Source: Minutocellus sp. GHC0000111
Taxonomy: Eukaryota
Length of the DNA stretch: 64,000 nucleotides
NCBI GenBank assembly: GCA_977018835.1
Contig: OZ361261.1
Location: 2,046,001 to 2,110,000, forward strand
Direction: 5' to 3'
Both the position numbers and the translations under genes were made by a program. Below the pieces are notes generated by a model. That model worked only from the letters and a program-made list of their open reading frames with translations, had not been told where the DNA came from and did not search any database. Below, in pieces: positions 43,808 through 55,485 of the stretch; position 1 is the stretch's first letter, and every line of letters starts with the position of its first letter.

Positions 43808-45475
43808 ATGACATATCCCTTGTTGCTCTTCTCTGTCCTGCTGGGCGCATTGCTGTCCATAATGACGGGCGTTGCTGGCTTCTCGTGTTTGCCGCAAGCA
43901 GTCACAAGACATGCCATTCGCCGAGCAATCACCGCCGGCGCCACATCATCATTCCCACCGAAAGCAAACGGTGCACATCTTCATGCTGATAACATTCGTC
44001 ATTGTACTGCCAGAGCACAATCGTCCGCGCTTGAAGCGTCAACAGGATCATCTGCGGTTCGGGAAGAAAAGGCTGATCTACTGCGATCCTCCACAAAGCT
44101 TTCGTTGGCGCCCATGATGGAGTACACCGATCGTCACTTTCGTCACGTCGTTCGTTTGCTATCGTCACGGACTCTCTTGTACACGGAAATGGTGGCAGCC
44201 AATGCCATTGTCCACGAGCGAAAGGACGCCATCGCCAAGTTGCGGGAGGAGAACATCGCAGCGGCTGAGGCGGGAACCCCGCCCAATTGCGAATACGATG
44301 CGTCATATTTGCGCCGGTTCCTCGGGCAGGGCGTGGTGGCACCGTTGGAGGGTCCATCGGTGTTGCAGTTTGGTGGTTCGGATCCAGAGGTGATGGCCGG
44401 TGCGACCAAAGCCGTGATGGAACTGACTGACCGGGGATATTGTGACTACACGGCCCTCAATCTCAACTGTGGTTGTCCGAGTCCAAAAGTTGCCGGCAAG
44501 GGTTGCTTCGGTGCTGCGCTAATGGACGATCCCAAGTTGGTGAGAGAGCTAACCACTGCCATGCATGATGGCAGTGACGGCAAGCTGCCAGTGACGGTGA
44601 AATGTCGAATTGGCACCGATAGCGATATGGAGAACGGCTTCACTCTCAAGCAGTACACAGAAATGGATGCCGAGAAGGAATATTCGGAACTCTGCAAGTT
44701 CATAGAGCAAGTTGCCTCCGCAGGCATTGTTACTGATTTTCAGATTCATGCTCGCATTGCCGTACTGAGCAAGTCATTTTCGCCGGCCGATAATCGCAAA
44801 GTCCCACCTCTCAAATATGACTATGTCCGACGACTGGTTCAGGACTACCCTGATTTCACGTTTTCGCTCAATGGTGGCGTCGATACTCTATCTGGAGCCA
44901 AGGCGGAGTTCGAGGAATGTCCTGACTTGGCCGGCGTCATGATTGGACGGGCCTGGGCTGCCAACCCTTGGTCATTTGCTTGCGCTGATTCAGTGCTATA
45001 TGGAGACACTGGCCAAGGGGAGGAATTGCTGCGATACACCAAGCCGCGGAATCGTCTGGAGGTGTTGAAAGCATACGGAAAGCACGTCGACGCGGAAGAA
45101 GAGGATCACGATCCGGTGCGAATTCGTCGCTTCATGACCAAGGCAGTAGCACATTTGTTCGCTGGGGAGCCCAATGCCAAAAGATATCGGATAGCGTTAG
45201 ACGAGATTGGAGGTAGACCGAAGAAATTGGCGTCTCAAGGGAAAAGCTGGAGGGACGAACCCCCACTCTCGGAGCTCATTTTAGAAGCTGCTACACAACA
45301 TTTGAGCGAAGAAATTCTTTTGCGAACTCCCGAGGAGAGTTACGAGAGAATACTGTGGGAAGAGAAAAGACAAAGAGCAAAGGCGGCGGGATCGAGCGAT
45401 GGAGGTGCCAGCAGCGTCGTGGCGGACTGGCAAAAATCTAGAAAGGAGGAGGAGTCCAGGGCAGCCGCTGCGTAA
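43808..45475 (+). CDS. dusA: tRNA-dihydrouridine synthase, DusA-like, with signal/plastid-type presequence
   Basis: LAPMMEYTDRHFR, LYTEMV, QFGGSDP, NLNCGCPS.KV..GCFGA.LM, VTVKCRIG, HAR, SP..NR.VPPL.Y, NGG, GVMIGRA. Confidence 0.92.
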   Translation: MTYPLLLFSVLLGALLSIMTGVAGFSCLPQAVTRHAIRRAITAGATSSFPPKANGAHLHADNIRHCTARAQSSALEASTGSSAVREEKADLLRSSTKLSLAPMMEYTDRHFRHVVRLLSSRTLLYTEMVAANAIVHERKDAIAKLREENIAAAEAGTPPNCEYDASYLRRFLGQGVVAPLEGPSVLQFGGSDPEVMAGATKAVMELTDRGYCDYTALNLNCGCPSPKVAGKGCFGAALMDDPKLVRELTTAMHDGSDGKLPVTVKCRIGTDSDMENGFTLKQYTEMDAEKEYSELCKFIEQVASAGIVTDFQIHARIAVLSKSFSPADNRKVPPLKYDYVRRLVQDYPDFTFSLNGGVDTLSGAKAEFEECPDLAGVMIGRAWAANPWSFACADSVLYGDTGQGEELLRYTKPRNRLEVLKAYGKHVDAEEEDHDPVRIRRFMTKAVAHLFAGEPNAKRYRIALDEIGGRPKKLASQGKSWRDEPPLSELILEAATQHLSEEILLRTPEESYERILWEEKRQRAKAAGSSDGGASSVVADWQKSRKEEESRAAAA

Positions 45476-45531
45476 CTTGTACATACATACGAAGTGAAGC
45501 CCTACTATCTAGGAAAACATTAGTCATCAAT

Positions 45532-47394
45532 TCACCTACTGTTTCTTTGCCAGTGGTCCTCAAAGAATTTCAAGGCAATATCCAAATGCCAGAATTGCTT
45601 GCCGTGTGGGGCATTGTTCCTACAATCAACCGACATCGGAGGGTTCAAGGTTGGGTCGCAATGCGATGCACACCTTACCTCATCTCGGCCGTCGACAATG
45701 TACTCAAATCGAGCTGGATGAGTCTCGTCGACGGAACAACCGTGTTCTTGAGCCCACAACTTATGTTGATGGAAAGCATCAACATAACGATATCCATCCC
45801 CGTCACAGCCCTCGGTGTAAACTTCTGTTCCATCTCCAGGAGGGACAGTGCAGTCTCTGTTGCCATAGATGCCAATCGCGGGTAAATTGGATGACGTTCC
45901 CTTACCGACGAGATGGTCGTGCAGAGGAAGGCCCATTGCTGCTCCAATACCGGCAATCAAAGGCGAACTGCGCGAATCCTGCGCAAGACTCCAGGCAAAC
46001 ATGCCTCCCATGGAATATCCAAACACATAAACCCTGCTTCGATCGATGCAGACATAATTGTTGGCAACTTCGTCTACAAGGTCGACAAACATTTGGACGT
46101 CATCATCAAGGCAGTGAGTCCACCCGCACCTGTTGTTGCACCTCCCCTGTCTCTCACAAGACGGATAGCAAAAATCTGGACCGCGCTGTTGAGTATTGCA
46201 CGTGGTTGGCGTCTGGCCATCCCTCCCAAGTCCATCGGAGCTACCGGGAAAGCTAAAAGATCGAGGAGCATCGTTATTATTCTCGGCAAGACCATCGACT
46301 GCTACCAATACATACCCATGCTCGTCGGCCAGATCCCTCCAGTTTGAATTGAGGAAATTTCGCCCCCGACAGAACGTGCCGGTGGTCCAGCCATGATATA
46401 TAAAGACAACCTTGTTGGGCTGGGTCTGGGTCGAATCAAAATTGTCAGGAGTGTATATGCGAAAGGTACGGTCTGGCTTGCCATCGCGCTCGAATGTGAT
46501 GGAATCATCCTCGTCGTGACTGGTGTATGGGATAAAGGGACAAGTATTTGTCGCAGGCGTTGCCGCCATGGTGTCGGCATCTTCTTCTTCTTCTTCTTCT
46601 TGTTCTGGCGATGGTATCATTGATGCATTGAAACATTTTCCACATGTTTCAGGACACGCCGCATCGATCGTCGTGGAGATGGCCCAATCGGTGCTGTTGT
46701 TACTGCAATATTCCGATGTCCGTGCCTCATCCTCCCCAAACCAGCTGCAATCCCTCTGTTCTTCTTCTGCTACTACCAACGCGGTACTGTCCTCACACTC
46801 CGTCGGTGCCATCCTCAGACATGTGGCGGGGCAGATGACAGCCGAGAGAGGCAATGGCTCTCCTACCGGTGGGTGGCAGTATGTGCTGATTGTGGCATCA
46901 AAATCGACCATGATTTGGTCTCGAAGCCACGTACAATTTCGTTGTACATTCTGCTCGTCGGGAAAGGTCAGGGTTGACAGGTCTTGGAGGGTGTTCCATC
47001 TCGGTGGTGCCGCGTGCTGTCGAGAATCTTCCCCTTCGGATGATGACGACGATGATACCGCCTCTCGGCTCGAGTTGGTGTTTTCATTATTGCCCGATGA
47101 TCCGCCAGACGGCAAAAGGGTGGCCAGCAGAACAATCGCCACAATGAGGACCATTCCGATGGATCCCACGAGAATGAACTTTGGTCTGCGTTTGGTCTGT
47201 CGTGAAAGCTTGTTGGGGATGGATGAGAAAATTGCCTTGGATGAGGAGGAGGCGGGCGTTCCCGCTGCCAGCACCTCTGGCGATGCTTCAATCTCGAAGC
47301 CGGCGCCGTCCTCGTTGCCAGCTGCTGCAGCGCATGCTGTTACCGTGGCCATCGAGGCGACGGGATGTCGTGCATCTTTGGCAAACAAGGGCAT
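45532..47394 (-). CDS. Membrane-anchored alpha/beta-hydrolase (LpqC / PHB-depolymerase / CE1 esterase-like) with two Cys-rich repeats
   Basis: R.F.+Y.P, +HGW, LA++HG+V+V, DDV.....LVD+V....CID.SRVY.FGYSMGG, G.+D..VP, C-terminal H. TM near the N-terminus; C.W...YC...CP.TC repeats. Confidence 0.8.
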   Translation of the reverse strand: MPLFAKDARHPVASMATVTACAAAAGNEDGAGFEIEASPEVLAAGTPASSSSKAIFSSIPNKLSRQTKRRPKFILVGSIGMVLIVAIVLLATLLPSGGSSGNNENTNSSREAVSSSSSSEGEDSRQHAAPPRWNTLQDLSTLTFPDEQNVQRNCTWLRDQIMVDFDATISTYCHPPVGEPLPLSAVICPATCLRMAPTECEDSTALVVAEEEQRDCSWFGEDEARTSEYCSNNSTDWAISTTIDAACPETCGKCFNASMIPSPEQEEEEEEDADTMAATPATNTCPFIPYTSHDEDDSITFERDGKPDRTFRIYTPDNFDSTQTQPNKVVFIYHGWTTGTFCRGRNFLNSNWRDLADEHGYVLVAVDGLAENNNDAPRSFSFPGSSDGLGRDGQTPTTCNTQQRGPDFCYPSCERQGRCNNRCGWTHCLDDDVQMFVDLVDEVANNYVCIDRSRVYVFGYSMGGMFAWSLAQDSRSSPLIAGIGAAMGLPLHDHLVGKGTSSNLPAIGIYGNRDCTVPPGDGTEVYTEGCDGDGYRYVDAFHQHKLWAQEHGCSVDETHPARFEYIVDGRDEVRCASHCDPTLNPPMSVDCRNNAPHGKQFWHLDIALKFFEDHWQRNSR

Positions 47395-47832
47395 CGTCTC
47401 CAGATATGAAGGGCTTCTTTGTTGCCTGACGACTTCCAATGCCGGGTGCCAATGCAATCGTTCTTAATGCTTCTCTCAACTCTCAACTCTCAACATGTTG
47501 AACGATGTTGAAAATCAAATTTACTCCCAAATATTTTGTCTTTCCGTCCATCCGACCAAGGCTCCGATCTCGACCAACAAAATCAAGCGCCAGAGCCAAA
47601 ACCGAGCAACAAGCTGTGAGCAGTGAAGTGCACCCTTCATTGCCTGTATTGCTCGGATACATCTGCATATCTTCCCTGAAGCTTGCCTCAGTTTGATATT
47701 TCAGTTGTTCATTTTCCAGCTCATCTCGTGCTCCTTTTTCTGGTGACACATACATACTTCGATATCACCTCTCGCCACTTGCTACTTTTCTTCCCACCAA
47801 TCGAGTAGCTACAATCGAACAATCCCACAACC

Positions 47833-50800
47833 ATGGTCAAGAAGAACCGAAGCTCCAAGGCCAAGCGGTCCCTGGGCACTCTGCCCAAGGGCCTGCCCCA
47901 GCGCAAGAAGCCTCGTGGCGCCAACAACAATTTCGCTCCCTCGGCCGACATCAATCCCTTCGAAAATGCCCGCGCCTCGTCGGCCAAGGGGTCGAAATTT
48001 CAAGTCCACAACCGTCCCACGCCCGGTTCCAACCCCCACGCCGGTCCGTCCACCTCCCTCGCACGGAGCATGGCCCGCCGCAAGCAAAGTCTCCGCACAG
48101 CCCTCGCGAACGACAAGAAGGCCGGAAACTTCATCGACCGGCGCATCGGCGAGGGACCCGGCATGACCGAGGAGCAGCGCATGCTGGCCCGTGTGGTCCG
48201 AGAGCGGGCCCGCCGCAGCAAGAAGGCGGCACGATTTGCCCTGGACGACGACGCCGATGGTGCTGCCGATGGTGCTGGTGGTCTGCTCACGCATGAGGGC
48301 AGGGCGATTGACGAATCATATACTGGCCGTCACGATGCCGACGACATCATTCTGTCGGATGACGACGACGATCGGTACGGTGGACAGCTCGACCGGGTCG
48401 ATACCGAGATGCATTTCGGTGGCGGAGCGTTCGACCAGTCCAAGCGCGGTAGAGCCGCTGCCAACCCCTACGGACCCAGCGGCGGCGACGAAGGCCAGCA
48501 CAGCATGGCCGACGTCTACCGCTCCCGGAAGGAGGAGCTCGATGACATGATCCGTCGGCGGAAGGAGGAGAAGGCCGAGAAGGCCAAGAATCGCGAGGAG
48601 CAGATGGAAACCTTTGAGAGTTTGGACGAGTCGTTCAAGGAGCTGGCTGGGTTGCTCCAGTTCCGCGACAAGGAGAAGGAGAAGCAGGCCAAGCTTGAGG
48701 CCAAGCGGGCGGGCACGCTGTCGCAGGAGGACCAGGAGATGGACGCCTGGGACAAGGAGATGAAGACGTATCTGTTCGAACGACGTGTCAAGGCCACTGA
48801 TCGGACCAAAACGTCCGAGGAGATTGCCAAGGAGGAGGCCGAACGGTTGCACGAGTTGGAAACGCGCCGTCTGGCCCGTATGAATGGTGACTTTGAGGAT
48901 GACGATCTGTCGGATATTTCCGACGATGAGGGAGGACGAGGACGGAAGGGCCGAAAGCTTCAGAAGGAAAAGGCCAAGAAGGATAAAAAGGCCAGCAGCA
49001 GCAGCAGTAGCAAAAAGAACAAATCGTCATCTGCCGCAAAGAATCCCGATGAGCTGGATTCGGACGATGAAGACGATACCGATGAACTCGAGGTGCACTT
49101 CACGGCCGATGGACTTGTCTACGTCGATAAGGATGGCAAGGTGGTTCGCAAGGTCGACGATGATGAAGGCGAAAGTGACGACGATGAATCTGATGACGAT
49201 GTTGAAAGTGGAAGCGATGATGATGATTCGGAAGAAGAGGAGGAAGAGAGCGATTCCGAAAGTGAGGAATCGGATGCCGGTATTGGTGGCTCCGAGGATG
49301 AAGCATCTGCTGGCGAGGAATCCGATGAATCTGATGAAGATGACGACGACGATGTTGGTGCTGTCTTTGCGGTAGGAACCAAAGTTAGAGGAAACTACCA
49401 CGCGGATGAGCAGTTCGATGGCAAGGAGAATTGGTTCGAAGGCACCGTCACCAACGTTACCACTGATAGCAAGGGCAATACTCGATACGATATCACCTAC
49501 AACGATGGTGATTTCGAGGAGGGCATGAAACCTGAGAACGTCCGTCGACTTCGCAAGACCAAAGAAGAGAAGGATGAAGATAGAGAGAAGGCCAAGACGA
49601 AGAAGAAGCTTAGTGCGAAGAAAATCAAGGCGAAGAAGAAGGCTAGGTATGTTTCGTCTGATTTGTGTCTGGTTTGTGTGTTATCTTGTGCTTGATTTGT
49701 TTTGGTTGTTTGATAGGTACTTTCTGCATGAAAAATATTGTGCGCGCGTTGGCAGCGCGGTCATTCATTTGGTCGGGCTCGTTCATCCATCAGCGATCGG
49801 AATTCAGCGAGGGCGTATTGTCCATGCTTTTTTCTCGTGCATTGATGCAAGTACCAATAGCAACAGATGCCTCATAGTACCCCTGGGGATGCGCGCAGTG
49901 TCTTGCATTGTCGTGCGCCTTTTAACCCTACCCCCTTGTGTCTCCTTGGCCATCACATCTCTTTGCCTTTGCTTCGCTGTGCGTTTCACATCTGCATATG
50001 CGCTTGCTTTGCTCACCGACATCCTACCTCTTGTTTCTTGCCCCTTCTTTTTCACTTGATTATCTGGTTATAGATCGGAAATGCCATATGTGTTTGAGGT
50101 TCCAACAACGCTCGAGGCTCTTCATGATATGATCGGTAACTTTGCCTCCACTGGAAGTGATGTGTCCCTTATTGTACAGAGAATCCACGCTGCCAACTCA
50201 GTTCGTCTTGATAAGAACAACAAAGAAAAGATGCAGAATTTTTACGATGTTCTCCTTCGTCGCTTCGTCGAAGTTGGGGACGCCATTTACACATCCGGTG
50301 ATGGAGGACCAGAGCTCGGCCGGTACGATCAGCTCAATGCTCTGACGCAAACGCTGTACGCAATGGCACAGGACTCTCCGCAATGCGCCTCGGCTGTATT
50401 TGGTCGCAGACTTGGCATTATGCAAAAGGCATTGGCCAAACGTCTTCGTGATGCCGAGTTCATCGCGGCCGATGACGAGGATGCTCCGTCGGCTTGGCCT
50501 TCAACCGGGGCGCTTCTTCTGCTCCGAGCCTTGTCGCATATTTTCCCCGTCACCGATCTCAGACACGTCGTTGTTACGCCCGCACTGATCTTCTTGAGTC
50601 AGACTGTCGCCCAGTGTCCTATTCGATCCCTTGACGACGTTGTGATGGGTCTATTTTGTTCTGGTCTCATCATCGAATATACCAAGGACGCGAAGCGCCT
50701 TGCTCCGGAGGCACTGGCCTTCATCTCCGGTGCTCTGCGGCTTTTCAGCAACAAGGCAGAGGCAGCCACCGAAGCTGCGGCAGTTCCAAGTTTTGAGCTG

Positions 50801-51574
50801 GCTGTGCGCAACAATTCCAATTTGGTTTCTCTCCGGGAAGCAGTGGCTGATTTTGATGAAAAATCCAAGGATGTCGACGCTTCTGACTTGCAAATCTCTT
50901 TGGAGAAGGACGAGATCAGCAGTGAAGCCATGCCCGCTGCTATCCTCTGCTCCACGTTGAAGCTCGTGGCCATGACTGGTGAGATTTATGGTGGATCTCT
51001 CAACGATGCCGAAGCAGAAGTGCTCGATGAAGTATCGAGGAGCATTTTGCTCCTCAAACCAAAGAGCAAAAGCTCGCCGTTGCCTCGTTTTGTCGCCATT
51101 GCTGTCGCCGAGGCCGCCCAAAGCATCTCATCAGCTTCCAGTAGCGCCACGAATCGGACGCCCTTGCTCCGTCGTTCTGGGGCGACTGCCGGCCAGCTGG
51201 CCATCAAGAGTTATGCTCCCAGGATGGAAGATCCGACGAGATATGCCATGTCCAAAGACAAGGGCAAGAGCCAGCGACAGGCCATCCTCGACAGGAATCG
51301 TCGAGAATACAAGCGTGAGCACAAGGCTGCTACTCGCGAGTTGCGTCTAGATGCTGCCTTTATTGAGAATGAACGTCGTCAGGCTAAGCAAAAGAGGGAT
51401 AACACGGCCAGAGAGAAGAGGAATAAGAACTTTGCCTGGCTTGAGGAGGAGCAGGCGACCATGAACCAGCAGGTTCGAATGGGTGGAGGACTTCTCAAGG
51501 GTGGTGGTATCGGAGCTGCGAGAGCCAAGGCTCGAAGTGGAAAGCTCGGTATCAAGAAGGGTGGAAAGTTCTAG
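47833..51574 (+). CDS. NOP14: Nucleolar protein 14 (Nop14/Utp2) with inserted Tudor-like domain; exons 47833-49646, 50074-51574
   Basis: NPFE, FIDRRIGE, LTH.G, TDRTKT.EE.A.EE.ERL..LE..RL.RM, FP.TD.RH.V+TPA, KRE.K.A.RELR.D..F; phase-2 intron. Confidence 0.92.
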
Positions 51575-51994
51575 AGCTAGGAACCTAGTGATAACATCAA
51601 TATCGGCCTATTTACCGGTCAAAAGAGCGAGATTATGCAGTACCGGTACATGTATATAACAATTTTCTCTACGTAGACGTTTATAGGATCGACATAATCA
51701 GAAGATGAGAAGCGAAGAAAGTAGGATAAGCAAAGCCAGCCGCAAGTAATTACTCATAGCGCCGTTCAGGTCCACTTCTAAATCCTCTAAACTGCTCGTA
51801 GTAACCATATTCTCGACTCGAATGACGAGCCATGTACTGTTGGCGCAAGATGATGGTGGCGGGAACACATACCGACCGGTACATGATGGGTGAAAGCCAT
51901 GCTGTAAGGACGGCGGACAGACAGCACATGACATTCATTTCTCGCCGTCGATTTGCTCGGACTTTCAGACTTTCAGACCACCAGAGCCACCACC

Positions 51995-53800
51995 ATGACG
52001 GACTCTACTCAGGCGCAGGCCGGCCTGCGGGGCTTTCAAGACCGCAAGGAGAACGCACTAGGCAAGCGAGACAAGTCCAATGCCGGTCGCATCGATCCTC
52101 GTGCCGTCGATATTTGTGCTGCCATCAACGAAAGAGTGGAGTTCTTTACCACCTCCTCGTGTGCCGGACGATGCTTGTTGTATCGCGGCGATGGGATCAA
52201 AAGTCACCACCATTTCGCCCCTGCGTCAGATAATACAGGAAGTAGTGCTGTGCAGGAGAGCGGTAGTGATTCCATGCAGGGCCACGGCTACTTTGAGAGA
52301 TTTCGCGTGTCGCATGATATCGTCCGAGATCCCAAGCGTTATTTCAACATGTCGACGTTAGATTCGTCCAAGGACGATTACGATCCGTCTGGTGGAGGAG
52401 ATCCAGTCAGAAGCGTGGGTCAGTTCGAGCACTTGCAATTGCAGAGAGATGGCGAAGAAAGGACCACGCCGACGCATCTTGCCAAGTCCGCTCACGTTGC
52501 GAGAGAGGGCGCAATATGGTTGCGCTTCGAGCCATTCATTCTGCATGTAATGTGCCGGTCTTTGTCGGCGGCATCGGCGCTCATGGCTGCAGCGAGACCA
52601 TCATTAAAGAATGTTGGTTTGACCTCGTTCAAGGATGGGTATGGTCGCTACGTGGTAGCCGTGTGGGGGGATGAAGGCCTTGATATGCCTCTGACGGCAC
52701 CTGATGACCCAAACACTTTCCTTTTTAGTGGTAGGGAGGAATGGTTGGCCACTCTCGTCAATGAGCGTCACAAGAGGAATTGGGCCAAGATCGAGCGGTT
52801 TGTCGAGAACGTACGAGCGATGCCAGACGTTATTGACGAAGTAGATGGGTGGTCGCAAGTGCCATCACTGGCCAGCCCGAATTTCGTAGAGCGTGGCGAC
52901 AATACTAGTAGCGCCGATGCAATGGCAACGCCAAAGCGCTTCGATGTAGTGGGAGATGTGGCGATATTGAACACCATGCCCCCAGGAGACGAAAAGGAGA
53001 GGGAGGCCGTAGGCAAAGCAATCATGAAACGCAATAAGGCTATTAAAGTCTGCGTGGCTAGATCATCGGCCCTATCTGGCACTGAAAGGGCGCCAGGTGA
53101 GGCGCTCGTTACCATCGCTGGGGCCAAGCGGAAGAAGTTGATTACAACGCATCAAGAATATGGCATCAAATGCGTCGTCGATTTGGAGAATTCCTTCTTT
53201 TCACCACGCATGGGTCCTGAGCGGTTGAGAATTTGTCAGCAGGTTGCTCGAGGCGAAAAAGTGCTCGTCCTATTCTCTGGAGTAGGAATGGACGCGCTGC
53301 AAATAGCAGGTCGCACCGAGGCAGAATCGGTCATTTCGGTAGAGTTGAATGCTGCTGCCGTTTCATGTGCCCGCCTGGGTCAGAGAATGCTGGAGAGAAA
53401 TAAGGCAGTAAAGACGCTGGGTGCGGCTGAGCGATTGAAGATCATGGAAGGAGACGCAATGGACATTCTTCCCACTCTTGAACTGGAATCCTTTGATCGC
53501 ATTGTCGCTCCTCGGCCAAAGGAGGGTGCGCTTGATGGTGACTTGGGTACTGGAGATGGAGGGATGGCATTCCTGGAACTTATTCTGCCATTAATGAAAC
53601 CAGTGGGTGGCGAGCTCCACTGGTATGACTTTGCTGCCGACGTGGAATTGCCCACATGCGAAAGGACTAAGGATACTCTTGAGCGGGGCTGCGATAGCTG
53701 TGGCCTTTCGATGGAGGTAATTCATGTAGCTCAAGTCGGAAGCATTGCCAAGCGTCAATTCCGGGTCTGCATGGATATCAGACTTACCGGAAAGAATTAA
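51995..53800 (+). CDS. TYW3: Wybutosine-synthesis TYW3 fused to a Trm5/TYW2 (Met-10+) SAM-dependent domain
   Basis: DKS..G.ID......IN....FTTSSCAGR and EPFILHV.CR (TYW3); FD++GD+A+, H.EYG....D....FFSPR...ER.R, GE.VL.+FSGVG, +E+N, GDA, FDR++ (Trm5/TYW2). Confidence 0.85.
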   Translation: MTDSTQAQAGLRGFQDRKENALGKRDKSNAGRIDPRAVDICAAINERVEFFTTSSCAGRCLLYRGDGIKSHHHFAPASDNTGSSAVQESGSDSMQGHGYFERFRVSHDIVRDPKRYFNMSTLDSSKDDYDPSGGGDPVRSVGQFEHLQLQRDGEERTTPTHLAKSAHVAREGAIWLRFEPFILHVMCRSLSAASALMAAARPSLKNVGLTSFKDGYGRYVVAVWGDEGLDMPLTAPDDPNTFLFSGREEWLATLVNERHKRNWAKIERFVENVRAMPDVIDEVDGWSQVPSLASPNFVERGDNTSSADAMATPKRFDVVGDVAILNTMPPGDEKEREAVGKAIMKRNKAIKVCVARSSALSGTERAPGEALVTIAGAKRKKLITTHQEYGIKCVVDLENSFFSPRMGPERLRICQQVARGEKVLVLFSGVGMDALQIAGRTEAESVISVELNAAAVSCARLGQRMLERNKAVKTLGAAERLKIMEGDAMDILPTLELESFDRIVAPRPKEGALDGDLGTGDGGMAFLELILPLMKPVGGELHWYDFAADVELPTCERTKDTLERGCDSCGLSMEVIHVAQVGSIAKRQFRVCMDIRLTGKN

Positions 53801-53837
53801 TACAGAGTCAAATACTAGCTAGCTACTCATTATCGAT

Positions 53838-55485
53838 CTACTCGTCGTCTTCAGGATATTTATCGCCATAAGCTGCTTTCTTCACAGCCTGGATGAATTC
53901 GTTTGGACGTTCACCAGGGCCGACCCAGATGAAATCGGTGTCGCAGTTATGGATCACACATCGGCCTTCGCCATCGAGAAGATACCCTGTGGGGTTCCCC
54001 CCAAAGTAACCAAGCCAGTAGGAGTATGAAATTTGACTTTCATGTTCTCCGCGTGCTGCCATTTCTTTGTAGAAAACTATACCATCGTCGACGTTTCTTC
54101 TGTTGAAACAGTCTCCCACCGTCCTTACGTCTTTTGGGTTGCCAAAGGCATACTTTGGCGAGTTTATGATCAGATGCAGTTGCGATCGTTCCTTTTCCGA
54201 AAGTTGATTTACCTTCCGAAACGTCTTTGATGAAGTGACGGTGAGCTCGCTTGGAAAAGAGTTCCTATGCGGCATAAATAGGCAATGTAACAATTGGGGC
54301 ACTGAAGTGAGACTTTATTTCTATTTTGTAGCATGAGACCTTTCAGATTGACATGACTGTACTCTCTAAGGATATGAGCACTATGGAACATATATGTGTG
54401 CACTCACTCATCATCAGGAGGAAGTTCACCGCCATTGTACAGCCAATTGAATGCCTTTTCTTCCGTGCAAATCTTGCGTCCTCTTTCCGCTAAATCGTTT
54501 GCAAGTTCTTCGCTCATGCCATCTTTCCTTGCCATCCCGAAAGATCCCTGTCGGATCATGGCACCTTTTTGCAGCACAGGGACCGGCCAAACGGTATTAC
54601 TTTCGAAACGGGTTTCATGCTTCTTCATCCATTGAAAGGAGGTAACTTCCAGAATGGTACTCCACTCCTCGTCTGAATAGGGACCGTACCCGAGAAAGTC
54701 CGATATCTTCTTGATGGACCCTTCGTGATCGGAAACCATTTCCTTGTAATGCAGCATAAGGATATTGGGTTTGTTGCGAAGCTTCCACCATGACGCAGCG
54801 AAGCCAAATATCATCTTATCGACGCCCATTCCACCCACGAATGCGTTGTAGTAGGTCTCAAAGTCCGGCCATTGGAACGCGTCGGGCGGCATGCCCCACA
54901 ATTTAAGAAACTCGGGAGAATGCTTTTGAGAGAAGGACTTCATGGAAACGACCGCCTCCTCAGGGTTGCGCAGCACGACGACATATTTTACCGAATCCTT
55001 GAACGGCAGCATCGGCGGAGCTGCGTGCGACTTGAACGCCCGGGGCCGATCGGCGGGCATGTCGTCAATGGCCTGGACCATCTCCTCGACTGTCGCGTCC
55101 GGCGACCTCATGGTTTCGATCCACTTGACCTCCTCGTAGATTTCGTCAAATGAACGGTCGCCCTTTTCCCTCAGCTGATGAACAATGTTCATTGTCCTGC
55201 GAGGAGAGGTGGTGATGTGACAAACGGCGGCAGAGCAGGGGTGGTCATGAGCAATTAATGACATTTATGATGGAAATAAATAAAATGGCCGGAGCGACAA
55301 AGCAATCTGCAAAGCTGCAAAAGCGGGGAGAAACGTAAACACACCATGTGGTTCCACTCTTCTTTCATCGGGACGGAGACGACGACGTCGTCATCTCTCC
55401 AGGCGATCTTCGACTGGATGGTCGGGTTGATCCAGCCGGCGCCGCCCTTGGGCTTGTCCTCCGGTCCTCCTGGTTGCTCTTCCAT
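53838..55485 (-). CDS. PAPS-dependent sulfotransferase (Sulfotransfer_1) with probable spliced C-terminal unknown domain; exons 55485-55345, 55196-54408, 54264-53838; 4-bp frameshift at ~55362
   Basis: RDDD+++S.P.KSGTTW|T.NIV.QL is restored by removing an AAAG duplication; FKSH, VKY+VV.RNP.+..VS, W..R..PN+L.LHY, F.WMK, +R.G. GA|GTGAGT...GCATAG|G joins in frame to the 53838..54302 ORF; the alternative is a stop at 54404. Confidence 0.78.
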
